Shown: one piece after another, positions 36,173-50,432 of the stretch
How the letters are laid out: the number at the start of each line of letters is the position of its first letter
Numbering within the stretch: the first letter of the stretch is position 1
DNA from: a bacterium
Lineage (GTDB): Bacteria > Krumholzibacteriota > Krumholzibacteriia > LZORAL124-64-63
Length of the DNA stretch: 64,000 nucleotides
Assembly (NCBI GenBank): GCA_020049465.1
Contig: JAIFKS010000046.1
Span: 3,044 to 67,043, forward strand
Reading direction: 5' to 3'
The notes under the pieces: model-generated
What the model saw: the letters and a program-made list of their open reading frames with translations, nothing else
Told to the model about the DNA's origin: nothing
The model's database searches: none
Made by a program: the position numbers and the translations under genes

Positions 36173-38955
36173 GCGTTACCGGGTCCGGCGGGTCCGCGGC
36201 GCGGGGCGGCCTTCGTGGTGGTGGCGGCGCCAGCCTTCGCGGTGATCTTCTTCACGGTCTTCTTGGCCGCCTTCTTGACCGTCTTCTTGACGGCTTTGGT
36301 ACCGGCGGTCTTCTTCGCCGTCTTCCCGACGGCCTTCCTGGCCGTCTTCTTCACGGCCTTCTTGAAGGTCTTCCGGCCCGGCTTGCCGCCGTTCTCGGCC
36401 GCGCGCTGCGCCGCGGCGATCAGCAACGCGACCGCTTCGGCCACCGTGATCTCTTCGGGGTCGGTGTCGCGCCCGATGGTGCCGTTGACCTTGCCGTCTG
36501 TCACGTAGGGCCCGTAGCGCCCCTTGCAGATGACCAGCGGCAGACCGGTTTCCGGATGCGGGCCGAGTTCGCGCAGCACCGGCCGCCGGTTCTTGTTCTT
36601 GATCCGTTCGAGAGCGTCCTCAAGCGTGATCGTGAACAGCACGTCCACGCTCGCCACGCTGGCGAACACGCGTTCGCATTCCACGTACGGCCCGAAACGC
36701 CCCAGTCCCGCGCGCACCGGCTTGCCGGTGGCCGGATCGGTGCCGATCACGCGCGGCAGGCTCAGCAGCTTCAGCGCGTAGTCGAGGTTGATCGTCGACA
36801 GGTCCGTCTTGGCGCCCAGGCTGATGCGCTTGGGCTTGGCGTCACCCTCCTGTTCGCCCAGCTGCAGGTAGGGCCCGAACGGCCCGGTCAGCGCGTAGAT
36901 GTTCTGCCCGGTCTCGGGGTGCTGGCCGATGGGTTCGCGCGAACGGTCGCGCTCCGTGATCAGGTCGAGCGCCCGCTCGGGCGTCAGTTCGTCGATCAAC
37001 AGGTCGACCGGCAGGGTGGCCCGCCTCTCGTCGTCACCCTCGACGTTCACCGAGACGTAGTTGCGGCCGATGCGCAGCACGATGGGCGCGCCGGTGGCGG
37101 GGTCGTCGCCCACGTGGATGCGCGGGAACTCGATGCGGTCCAGGCCGGCGGAAATGTCCTTCTCCAGCCCTGGCTCACCCCTGCCGCCGCGGTAGAACCG
37201 GTCCAGGAACTCGACCCAGTCGCACTCGCCGGCGGCGATCTGGTCGAGCTCCTCTTCCATCTTCGCCGTGAAGGCGACGTCGACGTAGCGGTTGAAGTGC
37301 TCCCGCAGCAGGTGGGTCACCGCCATGCCGATGTAGGTCGGCAGCAGCGCGCCGCCCTTCTTGGCGACGTACTCGCGGCTCTGGATCGTGGCGATCACCG
37401 CGGCGTAGGTCGACGGGCGGCCGATGCCCTCTTCCTCCAGCTTCTTGATCAGCGACGCTTCGGTGTAGCGCGCCGGCGGCTGCGTCTCGTGCGCGGAGTG
37501 CCCGACCTTGAGCACATCGACGCCGCCGGGAGCGGACGCGGCCGGGCCGCCGACGGACTGCCCCTCGCGCAACGCGGGCAGCAGCGCGTCCTGTCCGCGA
37601 TCGCCGTACACCTTGAGGAAGCCTGGGAATCGCACGACCGAGCCGTTGGCGCGGAACACCAGTTCGCGTCCGTCGACGGCCGCCACCAGGTCGGCCGCCG
37701 TCTTGTCCAGCTTGGCATCGGCCATCTGCGAGGCGACGGCGCGGTTCCAGATCAGCGTGTAGACCGCCAGGTCGTCCTTGTCCAGGCGGCCGGCCACCGA
37801 GGCTGGCGTGCGGCTGATGTGCGTGGGCCGGATCGCCTCGTGCGCCTCCTGGGCGCTCTTGGACTGCGTGCGGTACCGGCGCGGGCCGTTCGTGTACTCG
37901 GGGCCGAAATCCCGCGCGATCAGCTGCGCCGCATCGGCCAGCGCGCCTTCGCTGAGCGTCAGCGAATCGGTACGCATGTAGGTAATGAGACCTTCGCTGA
38001 AGTCGCCGACACCTTCGTACAGGCGCTGGGCGATGCGCATGACGCGCTGCGGGGTCATCTTGAGCTTGCTGCTGGCGGCCTGCTGCAGCGTCGACGTGAT
38101 GAAGGGAGGCGACGGGCGCTGCGTCGTCTCCTTGCGCTCGACCGCGGTCACGCGCCAGGGCACGGCCTTCGCCGCGCCGGCGGCCAGTTCCGCGGCCAGC
38201 GCTTCGTCCAGCTGCAGGCGGTTCTCGCCGGATTTCAACGCACCCGTGGCCGCGTCGAAGTCCTTGCCGCCGGCCACGCGACGGTTGTCGACAGTGGTCA
38301 GGCGCGCCGTGAATTCCAGATCATCGCCGGCCAACGTGGCCTCGACGTCGCAGTACCGCGCCACATGGAACGCCTGCCGCTCCTCTTCCTTCTCGACGAC
38401 CAGCCGCACCGCCACGCTCTGCACGCGGCCGGCCGACAGCTTGGTCCGGACCTTTTTCCAGAGCACCGGCGACAGCGAGTAGCCGTACAGCCGGTCGAGG
38501 ATGCGGCGGCCCTCCTGGGCGCGCACCAGCTGCATGTCGATCTCGCGCGGGTTGGCCAGCGCGGCAAGGATCGCGTCCCGCGTGATCTCGTGGAAGGTGA
38601 TGCGGCGGACCGGCACCTTCGGCTCGAGCACTTCCAGGAGGTGCCAGCTGATGGCCTCGCCCTCGCGGTCTTCGTCCGTCGCCAGCAGGACTTCGTCGGC
38701 CTGCTTAAGGAGCTTCTTCAACTCGGCCACCTGCTGGCGGCTGTCTGGCGAGACGATGTAGATCGGGGCGTAGCGGTCGTCGATGTTGACGCCCAGGCGC
38801 GACCAGGGCTCGTTCTTGTAGCGAGCGGGGATGTCCTTGGCCGAGGCGGGCAGGTCGCGGATGTGCCCGTAACTGGAGGCGACGGCATAGTTGTCGTCGA
38901 GAAACCGGGTGATGGTCCGGGCCTTGGCTGGAGACTCGACGATGATGAGTTTCAA
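36169..38955 (-). CDS. topA: DNA topoisomerase I with C-terminal repeats and Lys-rich tail
   Basis: IVESPAKA, ATDEDREGEAI, SAGRVQS, ITYMRTDS, QEAHEAIRPT, GIGRPST; G(R/P)(F/Y)GPY repeats instead of zinc ribbons. Confidence 0.97.
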   Translation of the reverse strand: MKLIIVESPAKARTITRFLDDNYAVASSYGHIRDLPASAKDIPARYKNEPWSRLGVNIDDRYAPIYIVSPDSRQQVAELKKLLKQADEVLLATDEDREGEAISWHLLEVLEPKVPVRRITFHEITRDAILAALANPREIDMQLVRAQEGRRILDRLYGYSLSPVLWKKVRTKLSAGRVQSVAVRLVVEKEEERQAFHVARYCDVEATLAGDDLEFTARLTTVDNRRVAGGKDFDAATGALKSGENRLQLDEALAAELAAGAAKAVPWRVTAVERKETTQRPSPPFITSTLQQAASSKLKMTPQRVMRIAQRLYEGVGDFSEGLITYMRTDSLTLSEGALADAAQLIARDFGPEYTNGPRRYRTQSKSAQEAHEAIRPTHISRTPASVAGRLDKDDLAVYTLIWNRAVASQMADAKLDKTAADLVAAVDGRELVFRANGSVVRFPGFLKVYGDRGQDALLPALREGQSVGGPAASAPGGVDVLKVGHSAHETQPPARYTEASLIKKLEEEGIGRPSTYAAVIATIQSREYVAKKGGALLPTYIGMAVTHLLREHFNRYVDVAFTAKMEEELDQIAAGECDWVEFLDRFYRGGRGEPGLEKDISAGLDRIEFPRIHVGDDPATGAPIVLRIGRNYVSVNVEGDDERRATLPVDLLIDELTPERALDLITERDRSREPIGQHPETGQNIYALTGPFGPYLQLGEQEGDAKPKRISLGAKTDLSTINLDYALKLLSLPRVIGTDPATGKPVRAGLGRFGPYVECERVFASVASVDVLFTITLEDALERIKNKNRRPVLRELGPHPETGLPLVICKGRYGPYVTDGKVNGTIGRDTDPEEITVAEAVALLIAAAQRAAENGGKPGRKTFKKAVKKTARKAVGKTAKKTAGTKAVKKTVKKAAKKTVKKITAKAGAATTTKAAPRRGPAGPGNA

Positions 38956-38971
38956 CCGGCCCGTCCTTCAA

Positions 38972-39008
38972 GCAAAACCCGGCCGTCGCGGGCAGCGGCC
39001 GGTTTTGC
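38972..39008 (-). terminator. Stem-loop between smg and topA (terminator or attenuator-like)
   Basis: GCAAAACC(C)GGCCG / CGGCCGGTTTTGC inverted repeat, ending 16 nt before the topA start. Confidence 0.5.
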
Positions 39009-39034
39009 GGTGGTGAGGTCCGGCTCCGCCGGCC

Positions 39035-39520
39035 TCAATGGATGTTGTCGAAACCTTCGGAGGCGCCCCCGGTCAGCCCCGGCCGGCCCGGCCGGAACAG
39101 GACCTGCTCCAGGATCGGTTCCAGATCGTACGGCGTCAGCGGCCGGAAGGCGATGTGCGAGGAGTACTGCAGCAGCGCCTCCATCTGCGCCCGGTCGATC
39201 TGGCCCGTGTTGAACAGGTCGATCAGCAGGCCCAGACCGTCGCGCGTCAGGTACTCGTCCTCCATCTCGCCGAACAGCCGGAACGTCTTGTCGGACGGCG
39301 CGTCCGGCAACGGTTCCTGCGGCCAGTCCTGGCGCGGGTCCGGCAGCAGGTGCTCCTCGACCCAGTCCAGCAGGGCGTGCACGTCCTCGTCCATCAGCCC
39401 CGAGGCTTTCATCCGCTCCCGGAGACGGCCCAGGCGCGCCGCCGAGACCTCGGCGCCGCCGGAGAGGGCCTCCAGCAACAACACCAGCAGGTGCTTATGC
39501 TTACCACGTTCGCTGTCCAT
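39035..39520 (-). CDS. smg: Smg/DUF494 family protein
   Basis: L...G...ED...LLDW, FRLF...E..YLT...G.L..L pattern; ends in NIH; upstream of topA. Confidence 0.75.
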   Translation of the reverse strand: MDSERGKHKHLLVLLLEALSGGAEVSAARLGRLRERMKASGLMDEDVHALLDWVEEHLLPDPRQDWPQEPLPDAPSDKTFRLFGEMEDEYLTRDGLGLLIDLFNTGQIDRAQMEALLQYSSHIAFRPLTPYDLEPILEQVLFRPGRPGLTGGASEGFDNIH

Positions 39521-39567
39521 CGCTGGCATCGCTTTCCGTCGACGGCCCCCGGCCGGCGACCGGGCCA

Positions 39568-39596
39568 AACCTAGCACGGGGGCCCCGGACCGGCAA
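39568..39596 (-). promoter_or_regulatory. Putative sigma-70 promoter of smg-topA
   Basis: TTGCCG-17 nt-TAGGTT with TGn before the -10. Confidence 0.55.
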
Positions 39597-39625
39597 GACC
39601 GGCCCGTCCGACGCCCGTTCCGGGC

Positions 39626-42637
<3,012 letters not shown>

Positions 42638-42659
42638 GGGTGCTCCTTGTGAGGTGTCT

Positions 42660-44912
42660 CTAGTCGCGGGCGGGCGCCGGGCCGCCGATGATGGATTGAT
42701 AGACGGCGCGATCGATCAGGACCTTTTCGACGTAGTGGCGCGTCTCGGGGTAACCGATCCACGCCAGATACACATCGCGTGCGGCGCCGCCCCCCAGCTG
42801 GCGGTCCCAGCGGTCGGTCGCCTCGTAGCCGGCGTTGTAGCCGGCAAGCATCCGGTACGGGTCGCCGTTGTACCGGCGCGCGCCGTCGCTGAGCAGATGG
42901 TCGCCCTTGACGATCGACGTCGGCGCGTTGCTCCAGTGTCCGGCCCCCGGCTGCGCGCCTCTCCGTTCGTAGTGGAACGGCATGATCTGCATCCAGCCGA
43001 GCGCGCCGGCACGTGATCGTGCCGCCGCCTCGAACAGCGATTCGTTGCGCGCGACGGCCAGCACCAGCGCCGGATCGTTGGCGGCGGCCAGGAGCGCCGC
43101 CCGCACCGGGCCGGGACCCGGAAGGGGGTAAAGGAATAACCGCCGCTCGTCCGCTGTCAAACCGCGCTGTGGAAGGACGGTGGCCGCGGCCAGGATTCCG
43201 CGCTGGTCGCCGACGGCCAGGGCGAAGCCGAGCAGGGCATGAATCAACAGGTGGTCGTCGCCCGCCGCCTTCACCAATTCCGGCACCAGCGAGGGACGGG
43301 GCGCGGCGCCGCCGCCGGTCAGGCGGGCGATGTCCGTGTCCAGAACCTGACCGAAAAGGCGCGGCTCGTCGAGCAGGGGAGCCACCGCCGGCAGCACGCC
43401 CGCGTCCGCCGGCGCGGCGCGGTTGCGCACAGCGGCCAGCCTTCCGGCGTAGGCGGTGGCGCGGGTGCCGGCTCCCGTGGAATCGGCGAATGACCGGCCC
43501 CATTTCGCCCAGAGTTCCCACAGCGGCCGGTCGGACGCCGCCGCAAAAGCGGCGCGGTCCGCGTCCGTCGCGGGACGGACCCGCGGCGACTTTCCGGATT
43601 CGACCAGCCAGGCCGCGCGGTCGGGCAATTGCAGCGTGTCCGGCGCTGCGGCGGGCAGACCCAGCCGCGTTTCCCAATGTCTCGTCTCGGTGATGAAGGA
43701 CGCGAGTTCCGCCCCGGAGAAGGTCGCCCGGCCCGCGTTGCGCAGGGCGCGCGCCGCGGAAATTTCGTTGCGGGCGATGGAGCGGACCATCGCCTGTTCC
43801 ACCCATTGACGCAGCCGCCGGCGGGTCGAGTTGGTGCCGCTGCCATCACGCGCAAGGGCCAGGGCCTGCTCCAGGGCTGCGCTCGCGCCGACTTCGTCCC
43901 CTGCCAGCAGGCGCAGCTCCGCGGCGCGCCGCCACAGGTCCAGGCGCCAGACCGGACGCAGCCCCGGCGTGGCCGCGATCTCTTCGTAGGCCGCGGCCCG
44001 GCCCTGCTGCGCGGTGCGACGCCCACTGACCCACATGCCCTGCAGGTCGACGTCGTCGGGCGGCGTCCGGTAGCGCTGGAAATGCGCGGCCAGGTCGTCC
44101 TTGGGCAGGACCACGGCGCCTACCGCGGCGCGCCAGGGCTCCGGCAGGCCGGAAGCGGCCAGGTCCTGCGGTTCCAGCCCGCCGCCGCGGCCGACGCCCG
44201 CCAGCCAGGCGCGCCAGGCTTCGGTCGTGGCCGGCGGCGCCAGGGGCGCCTGCCCGCGCTCGCGGCAGTAGGCCACCCACAGTGCCCAGGCGTTGGCCGC
44301 GTCGAACGGCGGCAGCGGCAGGGCTTCGGACCAGATCGTGTTTGTTTCGGCAGGCTGGCCGCCGCCGAGGCGCGCCACCCTTCGGGCGCGCAGGCTCCAC
44401 AGGAACGACTCGCGAGGTTCGACGCCGGGAGCTTCGCGCCGGGCCAGGGTTTCGGCCTCGGACCGCGCGGCAGCCAGGTCGCCCGCCTTAAGAGCGGCGT
44501 CGAAGCGCCGGGCGCCCAGTTCGGCTTCGAGGAACGCGAGACCGTCGACGGCCTGCAGGGCCGCGAAGGTCGCCGACGTGTCGGCGTAGGCCGCGACCGC
44601 CCGGCGGGCGGCGGACATCACTTCAGACGGGGCGTCCGTCCGAGCGGTCAGCCAGCGCGAGGTGAGGTCGATGCCCGTCGGTGCCGGTCGTGCGCCATCC
44701 AGCAGGCGCAGCGCCGCTCTCGTCCAGGCCGTGTCCGGCCTCGCAGGTTCCAGCAGTCCGGCCGGATACCCGTCCATCAGCCCCGCCGAAACGCCGGCGC
44801 CGCCGACCTGGAAGCGTTCCAGCCATGGATCATAGAGCGGCCCCGACCGGGCCGCCGCCGGCACCAGTCCCAGGGCCAGCAACACCACTGCCGACTTTCC
44901 CCGCCAGTTCAA
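42660..44912 (-). CDS. Soluble lytic transglycosylase (Slt70-like)
   Basis: Signal peptide, helical body, SLT motifs ARNES, GALGWMQIMP, AGYNAG, YPETRHYVEKV; TTG overlaps the upstream stop (TTGA). Confidence 0.85.
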   Translation of the reverse strand: MNWRGKSAVVLLALGLVPAAARSGPLYDPWLERFQVGGAGVSAGLMDGYPAGLLEPARPDTAWTRAALRLLDGARPAPTGIDLTSRWLTARTDAPSEVMSAARRAVAAYADTSATFAALQAVDGLAFLEAELGARRFDAALKAGDLAAARSEAETLARREAPGVEPRESFLWSLRARRVARLGGGQPAETNTIWSEALPLPPFDAANAWALWVAYCRERGQAPLAPPATTEAWRAWLAGVGRGGGLEPQDLAASGLPEPWRAAVGAVVLPKDDLAAHFQRYRTPPDDVDLQGMWVSGRRTAQQGRAAAYEEIAATPGLRPVWRLDLWRRAAELRLLAGDEVGASAALEQALALARDGSGTNSTRRRLRQWVEQAMVRSIARNEISAARALRNAGRATFSGAELASFITETRHWETRLGLPAAAPDTLQLPDRAAWLVESGKSPRVRPATDADRAAFAAASDRPLWELWAKWGRSFADSTGAGTRATAYAGRLAAVRNRAAPADAGVLPAVAPLLDEPRLFGQVLDTDIARLTGGGAAPRPSLVPELVKAAGDDHLLIHALLGFALAVGDQRGILAAATVLPQRGLTADERRLFLYPLPGPGPVRAALLAAANDPALVLAVARNESLFEAAARSRAGALGWMQIMPFHYERRGAQPGAGHWSNAPTSIVKGDHLLSDGARRYNGDPYRMLAGYNAGYEATDRWDRQLGGGAARDVYLAWIGYPETRHYVEKVLIDRAVYQSIIGGPAPARD

Positions 44913-47767
44913 TGTCTCAGCACCACCTTGCGTGTCACCGGCGCGCCGGCGCCGTCGAGTTTCAGAACATAGGTACCGGAGGGCAGGCGCCGCCCGTCGT
45001 CGTCGTTGCCGGTCCATTCGGCGAATTGCATGCCCGGCGGCACGTTACGCGCGTGCACGAGGCGCCCGCGCAGATCGAAAATCCGCAACCGCGCCGACGC
45101 TCCGTCGGGAATCCGCAACGTGAACCGGAGCACACCGGCCGCCGGATTGGGCCACGGGTCGCCGAGCGTGTTCGAGCTTTCTGCCGAGTCCGGCGCACTG
45201 CCGCCGCCGTCAACGTATAACGTCACCGGCGCGAGCGCGAGGATCCCCCACGGCGACGGGCCCGTCACGCGCAATTCGCGCCGTGTTCCGGGCGATTCCG
45301 GCCATCGACCGATGATGTCGCCGGCGGCGACGGCGTTCGCGGCCGTTGTCGACAGCGTGCTCCAGGAACTGTCGGGCAACGTTCGAGCCTGCACCGAGAA
45401 TGGTTCACTGGACGGTGCGTCGAGGCTCCAGAGCCAGTTCCAGGACAGCCCCGCGTTCCAGGTGAGATTCTCGTCTTCCATCGCCGTGACCGCGACCGCG
45501 CGGCAGTCCGCGATCATCCAGCCGCGACCGCGCCAGAGATCGTTGGCGGCCAATTCCAGGCGCAGGCGCCACGGTCCGCCTTCCCCGTCCGGGACGGGGA
45601 TGAGATCCGTGCGCCAGAGCGGCCGGACGCCCTCGCTGAAAGCGGCGGCCGGTTCGCCGAACGAGCCGCGGCCCCTGAGCGCGCTGGCCGAGGTTGCGTC
45701 CACCTGCGCGGGCCAGCCCCTCACAGGCTCGGCCACCGTCTCGGCGCCGTCGGGTCCGATCCAGCTGGCCACCGCGCCGTCCATGGGAACGCCCCCGGGC
45801 AGGGTCTCCACGTCGACCCAATGCACCAGACGCACGCCGCCGACGTCCGGGTCCAGCGGCCCGCTCGTCAGACGCGCACGCCCGCCGTTCGTGTAGTTCA
45901 CGGCGGGCCAATCCCCGGCCTCGGCGTTCTCGCCTGTGCAGACGAGTACCGGAAGCTGATCCGCCGCCGGGGAATCGGCGCCGGTCCACCGTCGCCAGCT
46001 GGTACCGGGGCCATCCGGCAGTTCGACGGTCCACTCGCCGGGCCAGATGTTCGCGAAGTCGAGAGTCGTGGACGTAGACGACCAGCACCAGGGGCGCGCC
46101 GCCACCAGGGTCGGCAGACCGGGCCCTGTCAGCGTGCAGCGGAAGGTGGTGCAGGCGCTCAGCGGGGGCGCGGCGCCCCGGACCCAGGCCGGCGGCGTGA
46201 TCGGCGTCCAGTGGCCTGCGGAGTCCGGCTCCAGTTCGACATCCACGGCCGTGGCGCCACCCGCAAAAGCGCCGCCGGGATCGTCGCCGAGCGCTTCAAG
46301 ACGGACCGAAAGGGACGCGGCAATGCCGCCTTCGACCCGCGCGGTGAACCGGAGTGTCCACGGCGCCGTCGGCGCGAATGCGAGGTCGAACGTGAGCCAC
46401 GGCGAGTCGTTGCTGGCTGTGTGATGGACGATGCCGCCGGCGACGGTACCAATGCCCGTGATCGAAACCCCACTCGACCCGCCGTACCCGTCGCTGGCCG
46501 GGTCGGTTTCCGGCGTCCAGGCGCTCACGGCGCCCGGCCCCGGGAACACATCGGCGGCCGCGCCTGTATCATTCCCCTGGCGCAGATCGCCGTTTCCGTC
46601 CGCCTCGACCAGCCGGGTCCGCAGGTGCCATTGCTGGAAACCGTCATCGCTCCAGCCGCCCTCCGGAACATTCTCGTCGACGTGCAGGATCACCAGGCCG
46701 GCGGCCGGCAGCGCGGCATCGAACGGCGCCGCGGCGGCCGGATCGCGCGCTTCGAGAAGAAAGAACTCGGGCCCGGTCTCGCCGCGCGTCCAGACGCGGT
46801 GCGCACGCGCCTCGCCCGGAGCGGACTTCAACGTGTCTCCCGCCGCGGCGCCGGTCGCGATCGCGACGGTGTCGCACCAGCCCAGCAGCGCGCGCGAGTA
46901 GGCGTCCGGCAGGGCCGGGTTCCAGCCGCCGCCGGTGCCCCAGGCGCCGGCCGCCATCAGGCTGAAAACGCCCAACCCACCGGAGCCCGCCAGATCGCCG
47001 GCGCCGTTCGTCGGCGGCAGGAGCGGGTCGTAGCGATCCTCCAGGCCGAGCAGATGGGCCGTCTCATGCGCCCAGATACCGGGGCCGCTGGACAGGCTCG
47101 CCACGGCGTAGGGACCGGCATTGACGCCGTCACTCACGACCGGAGCCTCGAGGTAGTATTGCAGCGCCTGGATCCGTCCCTCCTGCGGGTCGTTCTCCTG
47201 CCCCGCCGCCGCATGCAGGATGAGCACGCCGTCGACCCAGCCGTCGTCATCGGCGGTTCCGGCCAGACCGTCGGGGCCGTCCAGATCGGCCAGACGCAGA
47301 TCATATCCGGCCGCCGCCACCGCCCCGATCGCCTCGGTCGCCAACCGACGCGTGCGCGTGAAACCGTTGAGCCCCACGTCCGAGTAGTCGATCGCCGCGC
47401 CGGACAGCCGCACCAGCGGCGCCGTGAGGCAGACCACTTCGCAGCGGCCGGCCGAAGCGACGTCGAAATAGTGCCGCAGCGACTGGCCGTCGGTCGCGGT
47501 CAGGCGCGGCGCCAGGCCGGCGGGGTTCCAGTCGGTGGGCAGGCGGTGGTCGGAGAAATCCACGGGGATGACGAGCAGGCCGAAGCGGACGGGCGAGGGC
47601 GCGTTCTTGTCGGCCACAAGACTGCGCGCACGCAGCGCGGACCTGCGTGCGGCGCGCCAGGACTGAAGTGTCTCGTCGACCGGCGCGGCGGGCAGGGTCG
47701 CCGGGGCCAACCAAGCGAGCGCCGCCAGCAGGCAGAACGAAACGATCCAGCGGGATTGCGGGCGCAT
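44909..47767 (-). CDS. Secreted M6 (immune inhibitor A-like) metalloprotease with C-terminal FlgD-Ig / CTD-like domain
   Basis: Signal peptide, LVIPVDFSD, HETAHLLGLEDRY, SLMAAG.W Met-turn; C-terminal PNP...RIFDLRGRLV...WTGNDDDGRRLPSGTY. Confidence 0.85.
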   Translation of the reverse strand: MRPQSRWIVSFCLLAALAWLAPATLPAAPVDETLQSWRAARRSALRARSLVADKNAPSPVRFGLLVIPVDFSDHRLPTDWNPAGLAPRLTATDGQSLRHYFDVASAGRCEVVCLTAPLVRLSGAAIDYSDVGLNGFTRTRRLATEAIGAVAAAGYDLRLADLDGPDGLAGTADDDGWVDGVLILHAAAGQENDPQEGRIQALQYYLEAPVVSDGVNAGPYAVASLSSGPGIWAHETAHLLGLEDRYDPLLPPTNGAGDLAGSGGLGVFSLMAAGAWGTGGGWNPALPDAYSRALLGWCDTVAIATGAAAGDTLKSAPGEARAHRVWTRGETGPEFFLLEARDPAAAAPFDAALPAAGLVILHVDENVPEGGWSDDGFQQWHLRTRLVEADGNGDLRQGNDTGAAADVFPGPGAVSAWTPETDPASDGYGGSSGVSITGIGTVAGGIVHHTASNDSPWLTFDLAFAPTAPWTLRFTARVEGGIAASLSVRLEALGDDPGGAFAGGATAVDVELEPDSAGHWTPITPPAWVRGAAPPLSACTTFRCTLTGPGLPTLVAARPWCWSSTSTTLDFANIWPGEWTVELPDGPGTSWRRWTGADSPAADQLPVLVCTGENAEAGDWPAVNYTNGGRARLTSGPLDPDVGGVRLVHWVDVETLPGGVPMDGAVASWIGPDGAETVAEPVRGWPAQVDATSASALRGRGSFGEPAAAFSEGVRPLWRTDLIPVPDGEGGPWRLRLELAANDLWRGRGWMIADCRAVAVTAMEDENLTWNAGLSWNWLWSLDAPSSEPFSVQARTLPDSSWSTLSTTAANAVAAGDIIGRWPESPGTRRELRVTGPSPWGILALAPVTLYVDGGGSAPDSAESSNTLGDPWPNPAAGVLRFTLRIPDGASARLRIFDLRGRLVHARNVPPGMQFAEWTGNDDDGRRLPSGTYVLKLDGAGAPVTRKVVLRH

Positions 47768-47852
47768 GCGACTCCGGTGGCGGATCCGGCCAGGTCAACG
47801 CGGCCGGAACCGGTGGTGCGGTTCCGCCATGACGACAATATACGCCGGAACG

Positions 47853-49375
<1,523 letters not shown>

Positions 49376-49394
<19 letters not shown>

Positions 49395-50281
49395 GCCGCG
49401 GCCTCCAGGGGGAACAGGATCTCCAGAACCTCGCGGTACCGCTGTGCCGTGCGCAGCAGAACGTCCTGCGGCAACGGTGGTGGTGGCGGCGCCTTGTCCC
49501 AGGTCAGGGTTTCCAGATGATTGCGCAGGATCTGCTTGTCCCAGCTCGGCGGCTCCCGGCCGGGAACGACCGCGTCCGCCGGCCAGAAGCGGCTCGAATC
49601 CGGCGTCATGACTTCGTCGATCAGGTGGATGCGTCCGTCGATGAGGCCGAACTCGAACTTCGTGTCCGCGAGGATGACCCCGCGCGAACGCGCGTGCTCG
49701 GCGCCTTCACCATACAAACGCAGTGTCAGGTCGCGCAGCGCGCGCGCGGTCGGCGCGCCGACCGTGGTCTCGACTTCGGCGAAGGTGATGTCCAGATCAT
49801 GCCCTTCGTCGGCTTTCGTCGTCGGCGTGAACAGGGGCTCCGGCAGGCGGTCGGCCAGCTTCAGGCCCGGCGGCAACGGCTGTCCGCAGATCGTTCCCGA
49901 CCGGTTGTACGACTTGAAGCCCGAGCCCGCGAGATAGCCGCGCACGACGCATTCGACCGGGAAGCGATCGGCTTTCCGCACGAGCATCGAACGGCCGCCC
50001 AGCGCGTCGGCATGGGCCGCGAACGGCGCCGGGAACTTCGCCGGGTCGGCGGTGAGCACATGATTGGGCACGACGTCGGCGAAGTGCTCGAACCAGCCGA
50101 GACTCATCACGTTGAGCACGACGCCGCGGCCGGGCACCAGGTCGTTCATGATGACGTCGAAGGCCGACACGCGGTCGGTGGCGACCACCAGCAATTCGCT
50201 GCCGAGGTCGAAGATGTCGCGGACCTTGCCTTCGAAGTCGGGAACGAGGCCGAGGTCGCGCGCGCTGCGTAGGGCAGGCAT
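49376..50281 (-). CDS. purC: SAICAR synthetase
   Basis: GKVRDI, DRVSAFD, ECVVRGYLAGSG, FTPTTKA, DTKFEFG, TPDSSRFW; GGAGG before ATG 50281. Confidence 0.97.
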
Positions 50282-50380
50282 GGGATTTCCTCCGGGTCTG
50301 CCCCGGAGCGTCGTCCGGAGGCGGCGGTGCGGTGCGGCGGCTCGTTCCGGAACGCTCCGAAGCCCGGTCACGGCGCCGCC
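50282..50380 (-). promoter_or_regulatory. Structured 5' leader of purC-purH (candidate cis-regulatory RNA)
   Basis: About 100 nt between the promoter and ATG, with competing stems CCUCCGG/CCGGAGG (covering the SD) and CGGAGCGU/ACGCUCCG. Confidence 0.45.
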
Positions 50381-50385
50381 CGCCG

Positions 50386-50414
50386 ATGGTAGGCGCGGTC
50401 CCCAAGGGTGTCAA
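50386..50414 (-). promoter_or_regulatory. sigma-70 promoter of purC-purH
   Basis: TTGACA-17 nt-TACCAT. Confidence 0.8.
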
Positions 50415-50432
50415 GGCGCAGCGACAGCGCCA

